DNA from: an uncultured Gammaproteobacteria bacterium
GTDB taxonomy: Bacteria; Pseudomonadota; Gammaproteobacteria; UBA9214
Direction: 5' to 3'
Length of the DNA: 64,000 nt
NCBI GenBank assembly: GCA_963748215.1
Contig: CAVVHS010000007.1
Span: 384,001 to 448,000, forward strand
The notes below the pieces were generated by a model. It worked only from the letters and a program-made list of their open reading frames with translations, did not search any database and was not told the origin of the DNA. The first letter of the stretch is position 1. Every line of letters starts with the position of its first letter. The translations under genes were made by a program, and so were the position numbers. Below are positions 35,758 through 45,862 of the stretch, piece after piece.

Positions 35758-36929
35758 TCATGGCTGCCCCCAGGGTGTCCTGAGCCATTCCTCTTGCGCC
35801 AGCAGCGCGTGTCCTGCCACGCTGGGATGGAAGCAATCGCCGCTGTTCACGTGAACGGCATCGAACCGCACATCATACACATCGGTATAGGCGGCGTTGG
35901 GCAGGGCGCCGGCCAGCCGGTATTCCTCCAGCACATCGCGCAGGACGGTGTTGTAGTCATCGCGGACTATCCTGTGGAATGCCTTCCGGCGCTGGCAATT
36001 CGCTCCGTCACCGGGGTACACGGTGTCCGGGTCCTGCCGGGATACCGCGTGCACGCAGTCGTCGCCGGGGTTGTCGAGCAGGTTCTCGCAGGGGACGAAT
36101 GGCCACACGAAAACCCGGCACCAGAAGTTGCTGAACCTGGCATTCCACAGCCAGTAGATGGCCGGGATGCCGGAGACGTGGATGCGGGCATGGCGGGTCG
36201 CGTCGCTGGCGGCCAGCACATCGAGGCCGGCACGGTATTGCGCCTCGAACAGCGCGGGGGCGGTCATGTTCGCCATGCTGGATGCGCACACATCATTGTT
36301 TCCGAGCAGGACGGTCACCATGCCGGCGTCGGCCGTGGGGGTCTGTGCCGCGGCCGTGACCACGCCCTGGGCCTGTGCCGCGAAATCGGCCATGACCGCG
36401 CCGCTCAGCGCGCGGTTGAAGACCGCATCGCGCGCCGGCAGTGTTTTCGTAGTAATAGGCGGATACCACGGCCTCGATGCGTTCATTCAGGCTTGCGACG
36501 CTGTCGCCCGCGTCATAGCCGGTCGACCAGACGGTCTCATGGTTCGACGTTGCCAATGTCGTTATACGCCGCCTCGCCCTCGCCGATGGAATCGCCGATG
36601 TTGAACTGGTTGCCCGGCCAGGCGGGCTTCAGCAGACCCAGGTCACCGAGTGCGATGCGCAGGATGACCGAGAGGTCACCCGTATTGAACGTGCCGTCCG
36701 GCGCCGGTATGCCGGCCACCAGCGGCGCTACATCAGCATGCAATGTCTGCGCCGGATCCAGGGCGCGGCTACCGAGCAGTGTCTGCTGTGCCCATAACAG
36801 GTCGACGACATTGACCGTGCCGTCGATGTTGATATCGCCGTCGTGGTCACCGGATGCTTTACCGGCCTGCAGCAGGCAGTACAGGCCCAGCAGCATTGCG
36901 ATGAAGGATTGGCCTGTCATTGATTTCAA
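35758..36929 (-). CDS. Secreted SGNH/GDSL hydrolase with N-terminal dockerin-like domain (frameshifts ~36545 and ~36435)
   Basis: Signal peptide; GDINIDGTVNVVDLL and PDGTFNTGDL; block I IGDSIG; NRALSGA; LLGNNDVC; DCFHPS. These motifs are spread over three frames. Confidence 0.75.
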
Positions 36930-37026
36930 AACGGGGCGGTACCCTGTTGGGCTGATACGTCAGAGTATAATGTGCCCGCACAGAAAAGGGTGGCTCTTCC
37001 CCAGATCGAGTGGGTAGATTACCGTT

Positions 37027-37367
37027 GTAGGGCCGAATTCATTCGGCCAACAGCCTGTTGCCATTGGAGACAAGGAGGTCACCCTGTCCTGTGACGCATT
37101 GCGCAGGAGGCGTCATTCCCTGCACCATCAAGTCTATTGCATCACCACGGTTACCCGCGGTCGTCATCCTTTGTTCACGGATATCACCGCAGCATGCCTG
37201 CTGGTTCGTGAATGGTCGAATGAATTCGACCCTACAGGGCTGATTCAATGACGATGAAACACCGCTGGTCGAATGAATTCGACCCTACAGGGCTGATTCA
37301 ATGACGATGAAACTCCGCTGGTCGAATGAATTCGACCCTACTGTAGGGCCGAATTCATTCGGCCAAC
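37027..37367. repeat. GTAGGG(T/C)CGAATTCATTCG(A/G)CCA REP family: 5 copies including a 53-bp tandem array
   Basis: Forward copies at ~37027 and ~37342. Reverse copies at 37213, 37266 and 37319 (period 53, near-identical linkers). Confidence 0.85.
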
Positions 37368-37495
37368 AACCTTGCCATCAGAAGGAATGCGTCTCGTCTA
37401 AATTGATGTGTTACCCACTCAATCAGGGGAAGATCCTCATTATAGGTTGCGAGCGCCCGGGTCAGCGGAACTTTCCATTATCGGGCAGGGGGATT

Positions 37496-38056
37496 TCAGT
37501 GAACATACCGGTTGAAGTGCCGGTCCCTGATCCCGAACTCGATATGCATCACGCCGTCCTGCAAGGATGTCTCGAGGGTGAAGCTGCTGCGTCTGAGGAT
37601 GTCGAGCATAGTCCTGTTGCCGGGCAGTACGTCCGCCTGCAATCGCGTGATACCGTTTTGCTGTGCAAGGGTGACGATGTGCTCGAACAGTAGCGTGCCG
37701 ACGCCGATGTGCTGATATTCGTCGGCCACGGCAAACGCGATCTCGGCGATACGTTCCGCGGAATCGTCTTTCAGCTCAATATACCTGCCGACGCCGACCG
37801 GCCGTTCTGTTGTATTGCCTGTTATGGCGACAACCAGTGCGACGTGATGCACGAAGTCGATTTCCGTGAAATACCTTAATTCCCGTTCCGTCAGTTCCGG
37901 CCTGGCACCGAGGAAGCGGTAATACACCGACTTGCCGGTCAGGTGATGGAACCCCTCAAGCAGGCGGTGCTTGTCATCCGGCCGGATGGCACGGATCAGG
38001 ACTGCGCTACCATCGCGCAGCGTGGCGTCTTGCGGATACTGGCTCAGTTCCGCCAT
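37496..38056 (-). CDS. GNAT family N-acetyltransferase (Pat-like GNAT domain)
   Basis: TLRDGSAVLIRAIRPDD, SVYYRF, VGVGRY, AEIAFAVADEYQHIGVGTLL and NRTML. Confidence 0.88.
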   Translation of the reverse strand: MAELSQYPQDATLRDGSAVLIRAIRPDDKHRLLEGFHHLTGKSVYYRFLGARPELTERELRYFTEIDFVHHVALVVAITGNTTERPVGVGRYIELKDDSAERIAEIAFAVADEYQHIGVGTLLFEHIVTLAQQNGITRLQADVLPGNRTMLDILRRSSFTLETSLQDGVMHIEFGIRDRHFNRYVH

Positions 38057-38119
38057 GAGATTGTGGCTTTTTTATGCATTTGCCTGCCGATTGCATGCGA
38101 CAGGCTGCCGTGGCACAGG

Positions 38120-38356
38120 TCAGGGTTCACGGCGGATCGACCTGCCAGGCGTGTACGCCTCGACAATATACCGGATCGGGCCAGGCTGCTGTCGGCGCTG
38201 AACGCGCTTGACGGTCGTAGGCCATGTGCGGCCATGCGCGGCCAGGTGTGCCAGGCTCACAGCCGGTTCCGCGGGCGAGGTCAGGGAGTCGGGCAGGGCG
38301 CCGACCTGTTCCGGTGTCGCGTCAAGCGCGCGTTCGTGGATATTGAAAACGTTCAT
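38120..38356 (-). pseudogene. Degraded SRPBCC-like gene remnant
   Basis: NIHERALDATPEQVGAL and GPIRYIVEAYTPGRSIR resemble SRPBCC-type proteins. The middle is scrambled and the ORF stops early. Confidence 0.45.
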
Positions 38357-38390
38357 GTGCAGCTATCCTGTCGCTGTGTCGTGGCGTTTC

Positions 38391-39905
38391 TCAGAACTTG
38401 TATACCGTCAGCGTCATGTAGAAATTATCCGGTTTGTCCAGCGGGTAGGATAAAACCGCACGTTCGCCGGTATCGGTCAAATACTCGATATCGGTGACCT
38501 GCACCGTTGACTCATCCAGTCCTTCCTCGGATAACACGGTGTCCTGGCCGGTCCCCCGGTAGCCGAGCTTCAGCAGCCGGGCATTGATTTCGTTGAGGGT
38601 AAAGCCGGCCTCGGCCTCGCCATCGGGCTGTAGCAGGACATCGGTCGTGCAGCCGATGTCCTGCGGGCTGACGGCATAGCTGACGCCATGCGCCATGGTT
38701 TCGAATATATCCCCGAACTCCGTCGAGGCGGTCAGCCTCGCGTCCTGTTCGAGTGCCCTGGCCAGCGAAGCCCTGTCTGGATAGGGTTGCGCGCAATGCC
38801 AGCCGTGCACATCGAGAAAGCTGGCCAGGGAGTCATTGTCAGTGCCACTGCACTGTGAAGTATCGGGGACGCGAGTACAGGGCGAGACCTGCGGGGTGCC
38901 GCCCAGCCGTACGATCCGCTCTCCGGTCGCGGGATGGCTGCCGAGATAGTCGCGGAACGGATTACTGTCTGTCCCGTAGGCACAGTCGGTTTCCGCCTGC
39001 ATGCGCGCCAGTATGTCTGCCAGTGCCGCGGGCGGCAGGTCGTTCGCCTTCAGCATGCCCAGTGCGTAGTCGTCGGCCTCGCGTTCGAAGTCGCGCGAGT
39101 AGCGCGCCTGCAGCAGGGCGCTGGGCAGGCCGGCGGCGACACTGCTCACGTCGCCCAGGTACCAGCTCACCATGAAGCCGACGATGGAGCCCTGGATCAA
39201 CATGCGCAGGCTGTGGCGCCGGTCGAGGTGGCCGAGTTCGTGCGCGAGCACGCCGAGGATCTCGTCGTCCTGTTCAGACAGCGCCACCAGCTGGTCGGTG
39301 ACCACGATGGTGCCGTCGGGCAGGGCAAAGGCGTTGGCGCCGATCGGGCCGCCGTCTCGGAACACGATGCGGTGCGCGGGCGTGGTGTCGGTCGGCGGTG
39401 TCAGCCGGGCAAAGCCGGTGCTGAGCTGTGCCTGACGGTCCTCCGGCAGCCTGCTGGCCTCGAATACGTGTTCGTCGAAGAATGCCAGGGTCGATTCGCC
39501 CATGCCGGCCAGCAGGCGTTCCGGCAGGCGTTCGGCGACCCAGCCGGCGGTGGCCGGCAGTCCCCAGTGATAGCCGGCGAGTGCCGCGGCGACCGTCAGT
39601 ACCACGGCGGCCAGTGCCCAGTGCCAGCGCGCCTGCAGGCGCACCGCCAGGCCGTCCTCGATGCCGGCCGTGCGCAGCAGCTGCTCGAACGCGGCATGCT
39701 CGCGTACCTCGCAATGCGCACCGTCGCTAAAGCGCACCACGCGTGGTGCGGCGCCCAGTGGTTCGGAAATCTCCAGGCCGGCGAGCGGCTCGTCGCGCGC
39801 TGCCTGCTCGCCGTCCACGATCAGGCGGTCGCCGTGCAGGTAGATCGTTACCGGCTGCGGCTGTGCCGTGTGTCCATCGTAGAAGATTGCCGGTATCGGT
39901 TGCAT
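38391..39905 (-). CDS. M48 family metallopeptidase with C-terminal extension
   Basis: Starts MQPIPAIFYDG. NAFALPDG, GVLAHELGH, YSRDFEREAD and YLGSHP..ERI. Confidence 0.88.
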   Translation of the reverse strand: MQPIPAIFYDGHTAQPQPVTIYLHGDRLIVDGEQAARDEPLAGLEISEPLGAAPRVVRFSDGAHCEVREHAAFEQLLRTAGIEDGLAVRLQARWHWALAAVVLTVAAALAGYHWGLPATAGWVAERLPERLLAGMGESTLAFFDEHVFEASRLPEDRQAQLSTGFARLTPPTDTTPAHRIVFRDGGPIGANAFALPDGTIVVTDQLVALSEQDDEILGVLAHELGHLDRRHSLRMLIQGSIVGFMVSWYLGDVSSVAAGLPSALLQARYSRDFEREADDYALGMLKANDLPPAALADILARMQAETDCAYGTDSNPFRDYLGSHPATGERIVRLGGTPQVSPCTRVPDTSQCSGTDNDSLASFLDVHGWHCAQPYPDRASLARALEQDARLTASTEFGDIFETMAHGVSYAVSPQDIGCTTDVLLQPDGEAEAGFTLNEINARLLKLGYRGTGQDTVLSEEGLDESTVQVTDIEYLTDTGERAVLSYPLDKPDNFYMTLTVYKF

Positions 39906-40969
39906 TAATACGAGATATCGAAGTCGAACAGGTCTGCCGCTTCCTCGCCGGTGGCGCTGGTCGCCTGCTGCTGGTCGGCCATGAAATCGTCGAGACTGCC
40001 GTCCGGCACCAGGCCGATGTGTTGCAGCCGGTAGCGCGCCAGGCGGATATCGGCGAACGGTTTGAACAGACCCAGCGTCGCCAGGATGCCGAGGAAGTTG
40101 GTCAGGTAGATCCAGAACAAGGCACGGGCCTGCACGTCGCTTACGAGATGGTGCGTGCCGAGCGTGGTGTGATTCCACACCAGGTTCTGCACGCGGGCGG
40201 AAAACCACGGGCCCAGCAGCAGGAACAGCATCAGGTAGACACCCGCCAGGCTCGCCAGGATGAAGGTGGCCATGTGTGCACGGGCTTCCTCGTCCAGCGC
40301 GTCCGGATTGGCGAGTTCGAAGGGAAACAGCAGCACCGCACCGCCCGTGACCAGCGCGATCACCAGCATGGCCAGGCCCAGCAGCTTCAGGTAGAGGGTG
40401 AAAAAGCGGCCGCTGCCGGCGCTGAAGTTGAACGGGGTGTTGGCGTACCAGCTGTTGCCATGCTGGAAGCGCTTGATGCGCTGGTGCGCCAGCGGTGACA
40501 TCAGGTAGAGGGTGACCAGCACCAGCAGCGGGTACAGCAGGAAGTTGACGTAACCCTGCCGGGTGCTGCCGCGGAACGAGAACCGCAGGCCGCGGTGACT
40601 GCTGTTATGCAGCTTGAAACACAGCGAGCGTACGATCAGCCAGGGGAAGACCAGCGCCAGCAGTGCCAGGGCGAGTAATGCCAGGCGCGGCGAGGTCGCG
40701 CTGGAGAACTGGTAGACGAGCAGCAACACCACCGCGATAATCCGGCCCTTCAGGATCGCCAGCGGGGCGCCGAGAAAATCGAAGCTGCTGCCCGCCAGGG
40801 CAGTATTCAGGTAGAAGTATTTCAGGCGCCGCACCTTGGCCCAGGCGGAATAGACGCCGAGGGTGAGGATGCTCAGCGCGATATTGACGATCCAGATACG
40901 GAAATATTCAGGGCCCTGGCCGGTGAAGGTCAGGCGTTGTGCGTCTGCGGTGACCGTGTCGAGCGGCAT
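39905..40969 (-). CDS. YjgN / DUF898 family membrane protein
   Basis: FTGQGPEYFRIWIVNIALSILTLGVYSAWAKVR. Usual partner of the downstream M48 peptidase; stop/start overlap. Confidence 0.9.
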   Translation of the reverse strand: MPLDTVTADAQRLTFTGQGPEYFRIWIVNIALSILTLGVYSAWAKVRRLKYFYLNTALAGSSFDFLGAPLAILKGRIIAVVLLLVYQFSSATSPRLALLALALLALVFPWLIVRSLCFKLHNSSHRGLRFSFRGSTRQGYVNFLLYPLLVLVTLYLMSPLAHQRIKRFQHGNSWYANTPFNFSAGSGRFFTLYLKLLGLAMLVIALVTGGAVLLFPFELANPDALDEEARAHMATFILASLAGVYLMLFLLLGPWFSARVQNLVWNHTTLGTHHLVSDVQARALFWIYLTNFLGILATLGLFKPFADIRLARYRLQHIGLVPDGSLDDFMADQQQATSATGEEAADLFDFDISY

Positions 40970-41223
40970 GCTGGCTCCCTGATGTAACCGGATGGGCGTT
41001 GCTGCAGGCCATTGTGCCGGTCAGGCGCGCCGGGTGCCAGTGCTGCCTTGCGCCTGTTGCTAGTACGAAGGTATTAGTGTCGGCTCTGGTTTGCCGGCCG
41101 TTCCCGGCCCTGCAGCGGCCGGGACGGCTTTCCTGGTCTGCGTGCTTGCATGGGATGCAGTCCCGGGCTAGGGTGGGCGCATATTTGCAGTCAGATCATG
41201 GAAGTACAACAAGGAGAAACCTC

Positions 41224-42297
41224 ATGAAAATCATCCCTGCCGTACTGGCGAACCTGTTCACGCTGTTGCTGCTCACGGCCTGTGGCGGCGGCGGAGGTGG
41301 CGTTGCCGGCATCACCGGGAATTCCGGGCTGGGCGGGACCGTCACCAACGGCATAAACATTACCGCACTGAATGCCCCCAATGTGGCGGCCGCAGTGTTG
41401 AATGGCATGACCGCCGTCACCGGCAGCTCCGACGGTGCCGCCTCGGCCCCGCCGCTGATCACCGGCGTCGCTGTCAACGCCACATCGGGTAACTTCGGTC
41501 TGCCAGGGGTGCTGCTCGATCAACTCGCCCGTGTGCCCGGTCTGCAGAATGCACCGAATAACACCGGTATCGTCGGTGCCGCCGTGAGCCTGAATGTCGG
41601 CTGCTCGGTCAGCGGCTCCGCCTCGCTGTTCGCCAATATCGCCGACCCGGCCTTCATGGTATTGACTGTCGCGGACAGCCTGTCGGTATCCTTTTTCCTC
41701 TGCAACGAGATCGGCGTGGTACTGGATGGCGATCTTGACATGACGGTTGCCGCGATCCAGGGGGGAACCTTCGACGGCATCCCGCCCTTCAATATCCAGC
41801 TGGACACGGTGTTCAGCGCACTGCGGGCGCTCGATGGCAGCGACTACTATTATTCTAATGGCGACATGCAGCTGGTGCTCGATGATGATGGCGCCGGCAA
41901 TCTCAACGCGATGATCTCCGGCACCGCGCTGGATACCTCGTACAATGACCATGATCAGGCGCTGACCGCGTACCTGTTCGATGTGTCCGGCAATGAAAAC
42001 ACCGGTGACTACGCCATTGACCTGGATGGCACCGTGGAGAGTCGTGACATCGACGGCACCATCACCTTCACCACCACGCAGCCCGGTACGGCCGCGTTCG
42101 TGGGCAACGAGTTTGTGGGCAACGGCGATCCCACCTCGGGCACACTGCTGGCGGTGAGCGACCTGGACGGTTCGCAGCTGAAGCTGATCGCGGATGTGAA
42201 TGGTGTCGATGTGGAGCTGCAGGTCGATGCCGACGGCGACGACATCTTTGAAACGACTGGCATCATGACGACCTGGGCCGCGCTGGAGCTGCTCTAG
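41224..42297 (+). CDS. Lipoprotein, acidic and Gly/Asp/Thr-rich, unknown function
   Basis: AAGGAG RBS; lipobox LLLTAC followed by GGGGGG; C-terminal VDADGDDIFE. Confidence 0.8.
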   Translation: MKIIPAVLANLFTLLLLTACGGGGGGVAGITGNSGLGGTVTNGINITALNAPNVAAAVLNGMTAVTGSSDGAASAPPLITGVAVNATSGNFGLPGVLLDQLARVPGLQNAPNNTGIVGAAVSLNVGCSVSGSASLFANIADPAFMVLTVADSLSVSFFLCNEIGVVLDGDLDMTVAAIQGGTFDGIPPFNIQLDTVFSALRALDGSDYYYSNGDMQLVLDDDGAGNLNAMISGTALDTSYNDHDQALTAYLFDVSGNENTGDYAIDLDGTVESRDIDGTITFTTTQPGTAAFVGNEFVGNGDPTSGTLLAVSDLDGSQLKLIADVNGVDVELQVDADGDDIFETTGIMTTWAALELL

Positions 42298-42356
42298 TCG
42301 TTAGTGAATCAACCGCTGCACGGTGCGGGTCGCCCGGCCCGCACTGTTTGCATTGC

Positions 42357-43190
42357 ATGAATCGCTTGCCCCGGCACAACAGCCCATTAAGCCTGGCGGT
42401 GGCCGCCTGGCTGCTGGTTTTGATGCCCGCGCTCACCCGCGCCGGTGATGACGGCGCAATGCACCTGGATGCCTGGCTGGGTGCCGGCGTTTTGGACTTC
42501 GACTATGAGGAGTTCGACCAGGGCGTCAGCCTCGACCGCGAGGAGGGCTACCTGCCGGGTGTCAGCGCGGGCCTGCGGCTGGCGCGAGGCAGACTGTTTG
42601 CCGAGACAGCGCTGGAGGCCTGGACGGGCGGTATCGATTACGCATCGGCGACCGTAATCACGACGACGGACGAGGACATCCTCGACTGGAACGTGATCGC
42701 CGGGCGTGACCTGTTCGTACAGGCGGACCAGCGCCTCGGGCTCTATGCCGGGCTCGGCTACCGGCACTGGCAGCGCGATATCCAGTCAACATCCACAGCA
42801 TTCGGCCTGGACGAGACCTACCGCTGGTGGTACGCCAGCGTGGGGTTGCGCGCCGAAAGTGCTGTCACGCCGCGGGTCAGTTTCCGGGCCGACCTGCAGC
42901 TGCGGCGCACGCTGGACCCTCAAATCGATATCCGTTTCAAGAGCGGCCAGGATGACATCACGCTCGACCTCGGTGAAGCCAACGGCGCGCGCGCGGCCTT
43001 CACCCTCGCGGGCCGCGCCGATCATGGCATGACCCTGTTCGTGACACCCTGGTTCGAATACTGGCGACTGGGCCGCAGTGCCAATGCCCTATTGACGCAG
43101 AACGGCGTGCCGGCGGGCACGGTGTTCGAGCCGCGCAGCCGGACGCACAACCTGGGCATCAACGCCGGTCTGCGCTGGCGGCTGTTCTAG
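42357..43190 (+). CDS. Outer-membrane beta-barrel protein
   Basis: Signal peptide, amphipathic strands (YAGLGYRHWQRDI) and terminal ...GINAGLRWRLF. Confidence 0.75.
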   Translation: MNRLPRHNSPLSLAVAAWLLVLMPALTRAGDDGAMHLDAWLGAGVLDFDYEEFDQGVSLDREEGYLPGVSAGLRLARGRLFAETALEAWTGGIDYASATVITTTDEDILDWNVIAGRDLFVQADQRLGLYAGLGYRHWQRDIQSTSTAFGLDETYRWWYASVGLRAESAVTPRVSFRADLQLRRTLDPQIDIRFKSGQDDITLDLGEANGARAAFTLAGRADHGMTLFVTPWFEYWRLGRSANALLTQNGVPAGTVFEPRSRTHNLGINAGLRWRLF

Positions 43191-43202
43191 TCGGCGGAAA
43201 AG

Positions 43203-43250
43203 GTAGGGTGCACTTTGTGCACCATTTCCGGTGCGTAAAACGCACCCTAC
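43203..43250. repeat. Inverted GTAG REP doublet
   Basis: GTAGGGTGCACTTTGTGCACC-ATTTCC-GGTGCGTAAAACGCACCCTAC, between convergent genes. Confidence 0.8.
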
Positions 43251-43340
43251 ATCTGATCGTTGCAGGAGCGCTTCGCAAGGCTGCTTCGGGCCTCCTGCCC
43301 TCACGCGGCACTCGTACTTCCATGTACATCGCGCGATCTT

Positions 43341-44153
43341 TTACTGACGCACCGCCAGTTTCTTCAGCACGTAGGCGGCGGCTGCCAGGCCGAAGCTGGC
43401 GGTGACCGGCATCGCCGAACCCAGGCCGCCGGCGCAGGTCAGCCCGCCGAGGCGCTGGTGGTCCGGCCGGGCCGGGCTGACGCAGCCGTCCGCGGCTGGG
43501 AATACCGGGTTTTCCTCCGAGTACACGCAGGGCACGTCGAAGCGTCGCTTGAGATTCTTCGGGAAGCCGTAGTCGGTGCGCAGCAGCCGGCGGGTCTTGG
43601 CAAACAGTGCATCGTGCTCGGTGCGGCTCAGGTCGACCACGCGGATGCGGGTCGGATCGGTCTGGCCGCCGGCGCCGCCGACGGTGATGATGCGGATCCT
43701 GTTGCGCCGGCAGTGCGCGATCAGGTGTGCCTTGGTGCGAAAGCCGTCGATGCAGTCGATGACGTAGTCGAAGCCGGGCGCGACCAGGGTCGCTATGTTG
43801 TCGAGCGTGACGAACTCCTCGATGCCGTACACCGTGCAGTGCGGATTGATCGCCCGCATGCGTTCAGTCATCGCCCGCGCCTTGGCCATACCGAGCGTGC
43901 TGTCGAGCGCGGGCAGCTGGCGGTTGATGTTCGACTCGGCAACGTGGTCCGGATCGATCAGCGTAATGCGGCCGATCGCCGAACGCGTCAGTGCCTCGGC
44001 CGCCCAGGAGCCGACACCGCCGATGCCCAGTACGCACACATGGGCATTGCGGAACGTCTCCAGCGCGGCCGCGCCGTACAGGCGTTGAATACCGCCGAAG
44101 CGGCGCTCGAAGTCCACGTTCCCGTCCCTGTGCAGTAAATCCGTACCGGTCAT
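43341..44153 (-). CDS. tcdA: tRNA threonylcarbamoyladenosine dehydratase (ThiF family)
   Basis: RRFGGIQRLYG, GIGGVGSWAAEAL, SNINRQL, GGAGGQTDP, CVYSEE and VTASFG. Confidence 0.9.
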   Translation of the reverse strand: MTGTDLLHRDGNVDFERRFGGIQRLYGAAALETFRNAHVCVLGIGGVGSWAAEALTRSAIGRITLIDPDHVAESNINRQLPALDSTLGMAKARAMTERMRAINPHCTVYGIEEFVTLDNIATLVAPGFDYVIDCIDGFRTKAHLIAHCRRNRIRIITVGGAGGQTDPTRIRVVDLSRTEHDALFAKTRRLLRTDYGFPKNLKRRFDVPCVYSEENPVFPAADGCVSPARPDHQRLGGLTCAGGLGSAMPVTASFGLAAAAYVLKKLAVRQ

Positions 44154-44215
44154 GCAGGCAACATACCAGAAAACGGCTGCGCGACAATGCGCGTCCGGCT
44201 TACAATGATCTGTAC

Positions 44216-44989
44216 ATGGAACTGATCGATACCCATTGCCATCTCGACGTGGAGGCGTTCGACGCCGACCGCGCCGCGGTGCTGGCCCGGGCGCGTGCCG
44301 CCGGGGTGGGCGGTATCGTGGTGCCCGGCGTGCTGGCCCGGACCTGGGACAGCCTGTGGGCGTTCTGCGCCGGCGATCCCGGCCTCTATCCGGCACTGGG
44401 CATGCACCCGGTCTACCTCGAGCGGCATACCGCTGCCGACACGGCGGAACTGGAGGCATGGATTGCCGCGCGGCGACCGGTCGCGATCGGCGAAATCGGG
44501 CTCGACTACTACGTCGACGGTCTCGACCGCGACCGGCAGCAGCAGCTGTTCGAGGCGCAGTTAAAGATCGCGCGCGCGGCGGACCTGCCGGTGATCCTGC
44601 ACGTGCGCAAGGCACACGATGACGTGCTGTCCACACTGAAGCGGGTGCGCGTGTGCGGCGGTATCTGCCATGCTTTCAACGGCAGCCTGCAGCAGGCCGG
44701 CCAGTATATGGAACTGGGTTTCCGGCTGGGTTTCGGCGGCATGTTGACCTATGAGCGCTCCAGCAAGCTGCGCGGCCTGGCCGGGGCGCTGCCGCTGGAG
44801 ATGCTGGTGCTGGAGACCGATGCGCCGGACATGACCGTCGCCCGGCACCACGGCGAGCGCAACAGCCCGGAGTACCTGCCGGACTGCCTGGCCGCGCTGG
44901 CCGCGGTGCGCGGGGAACCGGAACAACATGTGGCGAATGTGACGACGGCCAATGCGCGTGCCGTCCTCAGGCTGGATGATTATGTATGA
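44216..44989 (+). CDS. TatD family hydrolase
   Basis: IDTHCHLD, GMHP, AIGEIGLD, LHVRKAH, HAFNGS and LETDAPD. Confidence 0.92.
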   Translation: MELIDTHCHLDVEAFDADRAAVLARARAAGVGGIVVPGVLARTWDSLWAFCAGDPGLYPALGMHPVYLERHTAADTAELEAWIAARRPVAIGEIGLDYYVDGLDRDRQQQLFEAQLKIARAADLPVILHVRKAHDDVLSTLKRVRVCGGICHAFNGSLQQAGQYMELGFRLGFGGMLTYERSSKLRGLAGALPLEMLVLETDAPDMTVARHHGERNSPEYLPDCLAALAAVRGEPEQHVANVTTANARAVLRLDDYV

Positions 44990-45040
44990 CAAGGGCGCGC
45001 CAGGTGGATGCGTGGCCGCTACTGAAGGAGGGACAGGGCG

Positions 45041-45439
45041 ATGCGGCTGTTTTGCTACGGGACATTGCAATACCCGGAAATCATGCAACAGGTAAGCGGC
45101 ACTCACTATGCCGGCCTGCCGGTGGTGCTGGAGAACTACGCCTGCTACACAGTGCGCGGTGAGGTCTTTCCCGGCATCATCCCCGAACCGGGTGCACATA
45201 CCCGCGGCATGGTTTACAACGGCATGGGTACGGCGCAGCTGGAACGGCTGGATGCCTTCGAAAACGATTTCTACGTGCGCCGGCGTGTGGTGGTTAGCGG
45301 TGCGGACGAACGGCCGCTCCAGGCGTGGGCCTACGTGGTGCGTTCCGAAGACCGTGCGCTACTCACGGACGAGCACTGGGACCGCGGCCTGTTCGAGTTG
45401 CTGCACCTGCCGGCGTTTCTGCACAAAGTCACGGGCTGA
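45041..45439 (+). CDS. Gamma-glutamylcyclotransferase (AIG2-like) family protein
   Basis: LFCYGTL, LERLDAFE..YVR and AWAYV. Confidence 0.85.
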   Translation: MRLFCYGTLQYPEIMQQVSGTHYAGLPVVLENYACYTVRGEVFPGIIPEPGAHTRGMVYNGMGTAQLERLDAFENDFYVRRRVVVSGADERPLQAWAYVVRSEDRALLTDEHWDRGLFELLHLPAFLHKVTG

Positions 45440-45443
45440 CGCG

Positions 45444-45659
45444 ATGGGCGCCGGCAAGCTGCTGATATCCATTGGCGTGATGCTGGTCGTGCTGGGCCTG
45501 GTACTCAGCTACGCGCCCGGCCTGTTCGGCTGGTTCGGACACCTGCCCGGCGATATCCGCCGGGAAGGGGCGCACGGTACCGTGTTCATCCCGATCACCT
45601 CGATGATTGTGATCAGCATCGTGCTGAGCATCCTCCTCAATCTGTTTTTTCGACGCTGA
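45444..45659 (+). CDS. DUF2905 small membrane protein
   Basis: FGHLPGDIR...VFIPITSMIVISIVLS...FFRR. Confidence 0.85.
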   Translation: MGAGKLLISIGVMLVVLGLVLSYAPGLFGWFGHLPGDIRREGAHGTVFIPITSMIVISIVLSILLNLFFRR

Positions 45660-45862
45660 AACGCCGGCAGACAGGCATTACCTGGAACATCGCCATGGAA
45701 GCACAGGGAATTACACGAATGGCTTTGGTTTCATTCCGTGTCCATTATCTATCGCGCGATGTTCAGGATGTACAAGTGCCGTGAAGCACATGGAGAAGGT
45801 GAGACCATTTTTACGGGCATAGCCCGGGTCGAGAAGCTGGCCTGGGCCATGTGCGGGAACGG

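Noticed and set aside
38057-38100. Sigma54-like motif upstream of the GNAT gene
   Set aside because: The GG-to-GC spacing is 9 rather than the required 10.
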